Positions 7,493-12,542 of a stretch of 12,542 nt of DNA are shown in pieces; the stretch's first letter is position 1, and every line of letters begins with the position of its first letter. This DNA comes from an uncultured bacterium (GTDB taxonomy: Bacteria; Lernaellota; Lernaellaia; Lernaellales; Lernaellaceae). Below the pieces are notes generated by a model. That model worked only from the letters and a program-made list of their open reading frames with translations, was not told where the DNA came from and searched no databases. The stretch lies in NCBI GenBank assembly GCA_964534375.1, contig CAZHPN010000174.1, forward strand, positions 1 through 12,542, written 5' to 3'. The position numbers were made by a program, and so were the translations under genes.

Positions 7493-7541
7493 AACAGTTA
7501 ACAGTGAACAGTGAACAGTGAGCCGTGAACAACGAGCAGTG
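7493..7541 (-). repeat. Heptamer tandem array (AACAGTG on +, CACTGTT on -), 7 units
   Basis: aacagtt aacagtg aacagtg aacagtg agccgtg aacaacg agcagtg. Confidence 0.88.
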
Positions 7542-7556
7542 TCGAAATGCGCTTTG

Positions 7557-8216
7557 TCAGCCCTTGGTGAGTTCCCGACGTACATCCGAGGCGATCCAGC
7601 GCGCGCTCGGCGCGTCGATTTTCGCGATCTGCTCGGCGGTTTTCAGGGCGCGGGCGCGCAGGGCGGCGTTGCGTTTGCCCATCTGGCGCAGCGCCCAACT
7701 CACGGCCTTTTTCACGAAGTTGCGATTGTCGGCGGCGGCGCGCCGGGCCGCGGCGAAGAACGGCACGAAGCGGGCATTGGGCGCGGTCTTGTCGTGCCAC
7801 GCCAGACTCGCCACGAGCGCAAAACCGGCTCGTTTCACGTATTCCTCGTCGCGCGCGCTCCAGGCGAGCGCTTTCTCCCACGCCAGCGACGTTTTGTCGA
7901 AAAGGTAGAAACAGAAACAATCGCAGGTGTCCCACGAGGTGAAGCCGGCGACCCAGCGCTCCATTTGCGCCGCCGTCGTCCGCGCCGGATCGGCGATCAA
8001 CGCGGCCAGCGAGCGCGCTTCGTGTACGCCGGAGCGCCACAGCCGCCCCGCCATCGCGTGGTTGCGGCCGATGCGTTTGGCCAGCTTGTGCAGAACGGGC
8101 GCCCGCACGCCGAGCACCGTGTCGTCGTTCACGCCGAAATGCCGCGCGCTCGCCACGCCCGCGTCGCTGCCGGCCGCGCGCAACTCGTTCATGATTTCGT
8201 CGTAGGTCATGAGCAT
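7557..8216 (-). CDS. DNA alkylation repair protein (AlkD-like HEAT-repeat family)
   Basis: LGVRAPVLHKLAK, LWRSGVHEARSLA, FTSWDTCD, DEEYVKRAGF, DNRNFVKKAVSWALRQMGKRN and SARWIASD. Start is ATG 8216 or 8210. Confidence 0.9.
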   Translation of the reverse strand: MLMTYDEIMNELRAAGSDAGVASARHFGVNDDTVLGVRAPVLHKLAKRIGRNHAMAGRLWRSGVHEARSLAALIADPARTTAAQMERWVAGFTSWDTCDCFCFYLFDKTSLAWEKALAWSARDEEYVKRAGFALVASLAWHDKTAPNARFVPFFAAARRAAADNRNFVKKAVSWALRQMGKRNAALRARALKTAEQIAKIDAPSARWIASDVRRELTKG

Positions 8217-8222
8217 TGCCAA

Positions 8223-8310
8223 ACCTCTCGCATTGGGAGAGGTCGCCGAGCGAAGCGAGGCGGGTGAGGGAAAAAGCCCTCACCCCGACCCTCTCCCAAA
8301 GGGCGAGGGA
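8223..8310 (+). repeat. Third copy of the REP/REPIN-like element
   Basis: ACCTCTCGCATTGGGAGAGGTCGCCGAGCGAAGCGAGGCGGGTGAGGGAAAAAGCCCTCACCCCGACCCTCTCCCAAAGGGCGAGGG. Confidence 0.9.
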
Positions 8311-8312
8311 GT

Positions 8313-9059
8313 TCAAAAATGCCGAATTTCCAGGAGCCCGTCCATGTCGTTGACGACGGACAGGTAATTTGTGCCTTTTTTCGGATCCTTCGGATCGAGC
8401 AGGGGCAGCAACTGTTGCCGGTTCTTGAAGTATTCGGCGTACTCGTCGGCGGAACTGCGCACGAGGCCGTCGCGCACGGTGCGGGCGTTGGCGGCTTCCG
8501 CGGTCTTGCCCTGTTTGTCGAAGACCAACGCGAAGCGTTCGAGCACGCGCGCGAGGGAGGCGTAGTTGCGGTAGAGATTGTGCGAGAGGATCGCGCGGCT
8601 GTACAGGAATTGCCGGCGGTCCTGCTCGTCGGCCTTGCCGGCCTTGGTCTTGGCGTCGAATTCGGCCTCGCGTTCGTTGCGGCGCTCGGTGGTGTTGGCG
8701 ATCTCGTTTTGCAGCAACTCATGCGCGCCGGCGTAGAACGTAAACGCGTCGTCGAACTGGCCCAATTGGAAATGCTCGTCGCCGGCGTAGATCGCATATG
8801 GGCTGCACAGCATGAAGCGGCAATCGTCGGTCTTGTTTTTCTCGATGCAGCCGAAATATTCGCTTTTGTTTCTTTCGAGTTCGGCCGGGCGGCCCGCGTC
8901 GTCGCGCGGCGCCATGGCGATTTGCTGCTGCACGTAAGCCACAATCGCCGTCGGGCTCATCGGTTCGACTTTTCTGGCGGTGACCGCGGCGCGATGCTTG
9001 CAGTCGGCGAGGGCGAAACACACCAGACCAATGGCAAAGGCGATGCAGAAATGGCGCAC
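8313..9059 (-). CDS. Hypothetical exported, probably alpha-helical/TPR-like protein (possible lipoprotein)
   Basis: GTG start 14 nt after the isochorismatase stop. Hydrophobic N-terminus ending ALADC. TPR-like segments AGDEHFQLGQFDDAFTFY and FALVFDKQGKTAEAA. Host-like codon usage. Confidence 0.75.
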   Translation of the reverse strand: MRHFCIAFAIGLVCFALADCKHRAAVTARKVEPMSPTAIVAYVQQQIAMAPRDDAGRPAELERNKSEYFGCIEKNKTDDCRFMLCSPYAIYAGDEHFQLGQFDDAFTFYAGAHELLQNEIANTTERRNEREAEFDAKTKAGKADEQDRRQFLYSRAILSHNLYRNYASLARVLERFALVFDKQGKTAEAANARTVRDGLVRSSADEYAEYFKNRQQLLPLLDPKDPKKGTNYLSVVNDMDGLLEIRHF

Positions 9060-9073
9060 GGCGACGGCCCGGG

Positions 9074-9631
9074 TTACTTCAGCAGATCGAAAACGGCCTG
9101 GTGGTCGTCGGTCTTCGCTTCAGCCAGCATTTCGTAGAAGAACATCTCGGCCGTGCCGACGATCGCGCCTTCGTCGCCGAGGCGCCGCAAGCTCATCTCG
9201 TGGTCGAACTTGTTGCGCGCCGACACGCAGTCAGCGAGCACGAGCATGTCGAAATCCGACGACAGGCCGACCAAGGCGGTTTGGAGCACGCAAACGTGCG
9301 TCTCGATACCGATCAGCGCCACGGTGTCCACTTCGAGTTCTTCCAGCGCGTTGACGAATTCCGGTTCGCCGAAGCACGAAAACGCCGTCTTCGGAATCGG
9401 CCGGTAGGCGTCGCCGAGCGCTTCCTTGATCTTGGGGACCGTCGAGCCCAGCCCCTTCGGGTACTGCTCCGTGACCAGGATCGGGATTTCCAGCCGTTTG
9501 CAGAAGTCGATGACCTTCACGCACTTGGCGAGCATCGCCTCCTGCTCTTGCACATGCGGAAACAGTTTCTCCTGAATATCGACGACGACCAACGCGGTCG
9601 CAGAACGCGGCAACAATCCTTCGAGTTCCAT
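9074..9631 (-). CDS. Isochorismatase-family cysteine hydrolase
   Basis: LVVVDIQEKL, VTEQYPKGLGSTV, KTAFSC and GIETHVCVLQTA give the Asp-Lys-Cys triad. RBS GGAGG upstream. Confidence 0.93.
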   Translation of the reverse strand: MELEGLLPRSATALVVVDIQEKLFPHVQEQEAMLAKCVKVIDFCKRLEIPILVTEQYPKGLGSTVPKIKEALGDAYRPIPKTAFSCFGEPEFVNALEELEVDTVALIGIETHVCVLQTALVGLSSDFDMLVLADCVSARNKFDHEMSLRRLGDEGAIVGTAEMFFYEMLAEAKTDDHQAVFDLLK

Positions 9632-9718
9632 TTCCCTACCTCCTCGGACGCTTTTGGGTTTCTTTGTCTGTCATCCTAGTCATCCGGGGCCGTGCCGGTC
9701 AACCGGGGTGGAGCGTGC

Positions 9719-10501
9719 TCACGGCGGATTCTTGTTTTCGCCGCCGGCGGTCCAGATGCCGCCGGACTGGTGGTAGGTCAACGCCGGACTGCCGGTGAAG
9801 ACGAAGGCGGCGGGCTCGAACGCGAACGTGGTTTCCGGCCAGCCTTCCCACAGGCTGCGGTCCGTCGGTTCGGCGTACGGATTCCGGTTGCCGCCGAACA
9901 AATCGATCAATGTTTCCCGTTCGCCCTTCGCGCCGAATTGCAGCGGCGCCCAATCGGCGCGCAGGCCGCCGGACACGGTCGATTCGAATTTCGGTTCGGC
10001 GCCCACATAGCCGAGCGCGCCGAAACGCATGCCCCACGTTCGCCCGGGGTCGTCGGTCCAGTAAGCGTCGCCGACCCAGGCGAGCGCCGTGGCCCCGACG
10101 GCGTAGTCGGCCCATTTCCCTTGGCTGAGGCGCCACGAATAATCCACGCCCGCGAAGCCAGAGGTCCAGCCGAACCCGACGCGCGGCCGCACGACGACCG
10201 ACTCGTCGCGTTTCTGCTTGAAGCCGAACGCCGTGTTGACCGTGCAATTGTCGACGGCGACGGTCCAGTCGACGCCGTCCGCGACGCCCTTGCGAAAGTA
10301 CACGCCGAAATTCGCCACAACGCCGCGGAAGCCGAGCGGCCGCACCGTGCGGCCGACGTAGCCGAACGACGCGTACGCCCCGGCCTCGAATTCGTTGACG
10401 CCGGCGATGCCGACCGGGTTGACCGGCAGGTAGGTCGGATTGCAGGCCGCGAGGGCAAGAAAGGCCAGCGATACGACTACGTATTTCGTCGCGATCCGCA
10501 T
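9719..10501 (-). CDS. Hypothetical lipoprotein, beta-strand rich
   Basis: MRIATKYVVVSLAFLALAAC has lipobox LAAC. Gly/aromatic beta-strand-like segments follow. Alternative start at 10525. Confidence 0.75.
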   Translation of the reverse strand: MRIATKYVVVSLAFLALAACNPTYLPVNPVGIAGVNEFEAGAYASFGYVGRTVRPLGFRGVVANFGVYFRKGVADGVDWTVAVDNCTVNTAFGFKQKRDESVVVRPRVGFGWTSGFAGVDYSWRLSQGKWADYAVGATALAWVGDAYWTDDPGRTWGMRFGALGYVGAEPKFESTVSGGLRADWAPLQFGAKGERETLIDLFGGNRNPYAEPTDRSLWEGWPETTFAFEPAAFVFTGSPALTYHQSGGIWTAGGENKNPP

Positions 10502-10585
10502 CGGGTCCGCCGTTGTTTCGGGCATGATGGCACGAATCCGCGCGCCGCGTAAAGCGCGACGGCGCCACGCGCAGGGCTGGCCTCA

Positions 10586-10677
10586 CCGTCTCCCATTGGG
10601 AAAGGTCGGGGTACGGGCCTTTGTATCGCCCTCACCCGCCTCGCTACGCTCGGCGACCTCTCCCAGGGGGACAGGTG
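10586..10677 (-). repeat. Fourth copy of the REP/REPIN-like element, inverted
   Basis: Reverse complement reads CACCTGTCCCCCTGGGAGAGGTCGCCGAGCGTAGCGAGGCGGGTGAGGG...CCCCGACCTTTCCCAATGGGAGACGG. Confidence 0.9.
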
Positions 10678-10755
10678 TACGCAGCCTTCTTTCAGATTTT
10701 CACGTTCACGCAACGAAAAATTATCGAATTTGGACCCTCCGGCGCCTGCCAAACG

Positions 10756-11041
10756 GTCGCAAGTACGCGTCATTGTGGAACTCCGCTGCTTGGCGCCGTG
10801 CTTGCAGTCCTCATCGCGGATCTTCGCTCTTTCATATGCGTGTCGGGGGCCTTCGCATATACCGCTCGTCTGCTGAGAAGCAGTCGCGAAGGCCCCCGTA
10901 GTTCCCACGACCCATCGCCCTGAGAAGGGTTTGCAAATCCCTGCGAGGGCTCGGATCGAGAGTCCTCCGGAATCCTCCATCTTAGGTGACCCTGTCCGCA
11001 CAATGATCTACGACTTGCGGCGGAACCGAAAAGGTTTCGCC
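10756..11041 (+). ncRNA. Candidate structured non-coding RNA, family unassigned
   Basis: Long-range closing helix, perfect 13-bp internal stem and several GNRA-capped hairpins on the + strand, in a region with no credible CDS. Confidence 0.5.
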
Positions 11042-11150
11042 GTCCCGCCTTGTCTTTTTCCTGGATCGACCGCAGGCTGCAATAGTCATTGTTCTTGACA
11101 TTTGATTGGCGCTAGAATGCCGCGCCTGGACGATCGGGGGGAGACGTCAC

Positions 11151-11876
11151 GTGGACGGTTATCTCGATTTGCACAGCCATCTGTTGCCGGGTTTCGACGA
11201 TGGCGCGAAGGGCGCCGACGAAACGCTGGCCATCCTCGCGGCGGCGCAGGCGGCCGGGTTCGCCGGCGTGATGGCGACGCCGCACTGGATGTCCGGCGTT
11301 TACGAGCACGATCGCGCGATGGTCGCCGCGGCAATCGCCGCGCTGGCCGCTGAACTGCGCGATAAACTCCCCGAGATTACGTTGTACCCGGGGTCGGAAT
11401 ATTATTTCGAAGAGGGTTTCTACGGCCGGCTCGAAGCCGGCACAATCACGCCGCTCGCCGCCGGCAAGCACGTGCTGGTCGAGCTGCCGTTGCTGCGCCT
11501 GCCGCCCCAGGCCAAGGAATTCGCCTTTCGCATCCGCATCAAAGGGCTGACTCCGATCCTCGCGCACCCCGAGCGGTGCGCCGATTTGGGGCGCGATCCG
11601 AAGACGGCGGAGGCGCTCGTGGCCGCGGGCTATCGGCTGCAAATCAATCTCTGCAGCCTATCCGGCTTGTACGGCCGGCACGCGGCCAAGGCAGCGGAGT
11701 GGATCGTCAAACACGGCCTGGCGGATTTCGCCGGTTCCGACGCGCATTCGCCGGAGCAGGCGGCCGAGGCTTTCGGCGAAGGGATGCAACTGTTGCGCAA
11801 ATATGCCGGCGCGGAGGGTTTGCAGCGGATCTTGATTGACAATCCGCGGGCCGTGCTCGGCGTGGAGGGCGGATGA
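11151..11876 (+). CDS. CpsB/CapC (YwqE-like) PHP-family tyrosine-protein phosphatase
   Basis: GTG start after a GGGGAG RBS. DLHSHLLPGFDDGA, ATPH, PGSE, VLVELP, PILAHPER and GSDAH. Confidence 0.92.
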   Translation: MDGYLDLHSHLLPGFDDGAKGADETLAILAAAQAAGFAGVMATPHWMSGVYEHDRAMVAAAIAALAAELRDKLPEITLYPGSEYYFEEGFYGRLEAGTITPLAAGKHVLVELPLLRLPPQAKEFAFRIRIKGLTPILAHPERCADLGRDPKTAEALVAAGYRLQINLCSLSGLYGRHAAKAAEWIVKHGLADFAGSDAHSPEQAAEAFGEGMQLLRKYAGAEGLQRILIDNPRAVLGVEGG

Positions 11877-12542
11877 CCAAGCCGATTCCCGATCTGGATT
11901 TCGGTCCGTATGAAGTCGATCCCGAGAGCGTGCGCCTGCTGCCGCAGATGTTCTGCCTGACGCACGATGTGCTGATCCTCGGCAAGGTCGACGCGAACGC
12001 AGCGACGCCCGTCGTCGTCGGGCTCGCCGATCTCAACGACATGGACACGCTGGATTCGGTCAGCCGCGTGCTGCGCGGGCGGCGGGTGCTGCCGGTGCGC
12101 GTTTCGTCCGACAAGATCCAGCGGGCGCTGGCCGCGGCGTACGGCCTCGACAAAGTGGCGGTTCCCAATCTCGACAGCAAAGATCCGCCGCAGGTGCTGG
12201 ATCGCGAAACCATCCTGGGCGAAGGCGATCAGGTCGAGCGCGCGACGCCGAAGTCGCATATTCACTCCGCCGGCCTGGATCGCGACGACGACGCGCCGAT
12301 CAAGCACCTGGTCAACGAAATGCTCGTCGACGCCTTGCGGCGCGGCGCGACGGACATCCACATCGAAAACTTTCGCTACCAGGCGGTCACGCGGCTGAAG
12401 ATCGACGGCATGCTGCAACGCATCCGTTCGCCGATCAACAAGGCGAACGCCGACGAAGTCGTCAATCGCATCAAGATCCTTTGCCGTCTGGACATCAGCG
12501 AACGGCGCGCGCCGCAGGACGGCCGCCTGACGCTGCCGGTCG
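11873..12542 (+). CDS. GspE/PilB-family secretion or pilus assembly ATPase, 3' partial
   Basis: ATGA overlap with the upstream stop. Hand translation MTKPIPDLDFGPYEVDPESVRLLP...DDAPIKHLVNEMLVDALRRGATDIHIE...RLKIDGML...NRIKILCRLDISERRAPQDGR, open to the window end. Confidence 0.93.
   Translation, partial: MTKPIPDLDFGPYEVDPESVRLLPQMFCLTHDVLILGKVDANAATPVVVGLADLNDMDTLDSVSRVLRGRRVLPVRVSSDKIQRALAAAYGLDKVAVPNLDSKDPPQVLDRETILGEGDQVERATPKSHIHSAGLDRDDDAPIKHLVNEMLVDALRRGATDIHIENFRYQAVTRLKIDGMLQRIRSPINKANADEVVNRIKILCRLDISERRAPQDGRLTLPV

Noticed and set aside
10440..11003. ORFs 10440..10901, 10477..11001, 10621..10923 and 10770..11003
   Set aside because: They run through the repeat element and the structured region, with no motifs, RBS or host-like codon bias.
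10756..11041. Assignment as tmRNA, SRP RNA, RNase P RNA, TPP/cobalamin/glycine riboswitch, hammerhead ribozyme or retron msr-msd
   Set aside because: No tRNA-like ends, SRP CAGG/AGCA loop, GAGGAAAGTCC or CUGAnGA core found by eye. CTGAGA occurs without the rest of the TPP consensus. No reverse transcriptase is in the window.
11095..11118. TTGACA...TAGAAT as a consensus sigma70 promoter
   Set aside because: The spacer is only 12 bp. TAGAAT may be a real -10, but this pair is not supportable.

Overview
GC-rich bacterial chromosomal window; gene style suggests a deltaproteobacterial/myxobacterial-like organism (inference only). Left end: a visibly less GC-rich restriction-modification remnant (3' part of a BsuBI/PstI-family endonuclease plus vsr) and a divergent inositol-monophosphatase-fold gene. 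Then a two-gene surface operon: a beta-barrel/OmpA protein and an FG-GAP (integrin-alpha-like)/PKD protein with an Asp-rich linker and a GGGGC tail. A minus-strand run follows: a 59-aa gene missed by the ORF track, an atypical tatC, an AlkD-like protein, a helical exported protein, an isochorismatase-family hydrolase and a lipoprotein. At the right end, a CpsB/CapC PHP phosphatase overlaps a partial GspE/PilB ATPase. Intergenic DNA carries three repeat families: four copies of a ~90-bp REP/REPIN-like unit, two 7-mer arrays, and a 9-mer array interrupted by a 23-bp palindromic insert. The most notable items are an unassigned ~290-nt structured-RNA candidate (10756-11041), a TatC lacking the twin-arginine recognition residues, the TraAB-like surface pair, and tandem NrdR-like boxes ahead of it. 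All alignments to reference proteins were done by eye from memory.
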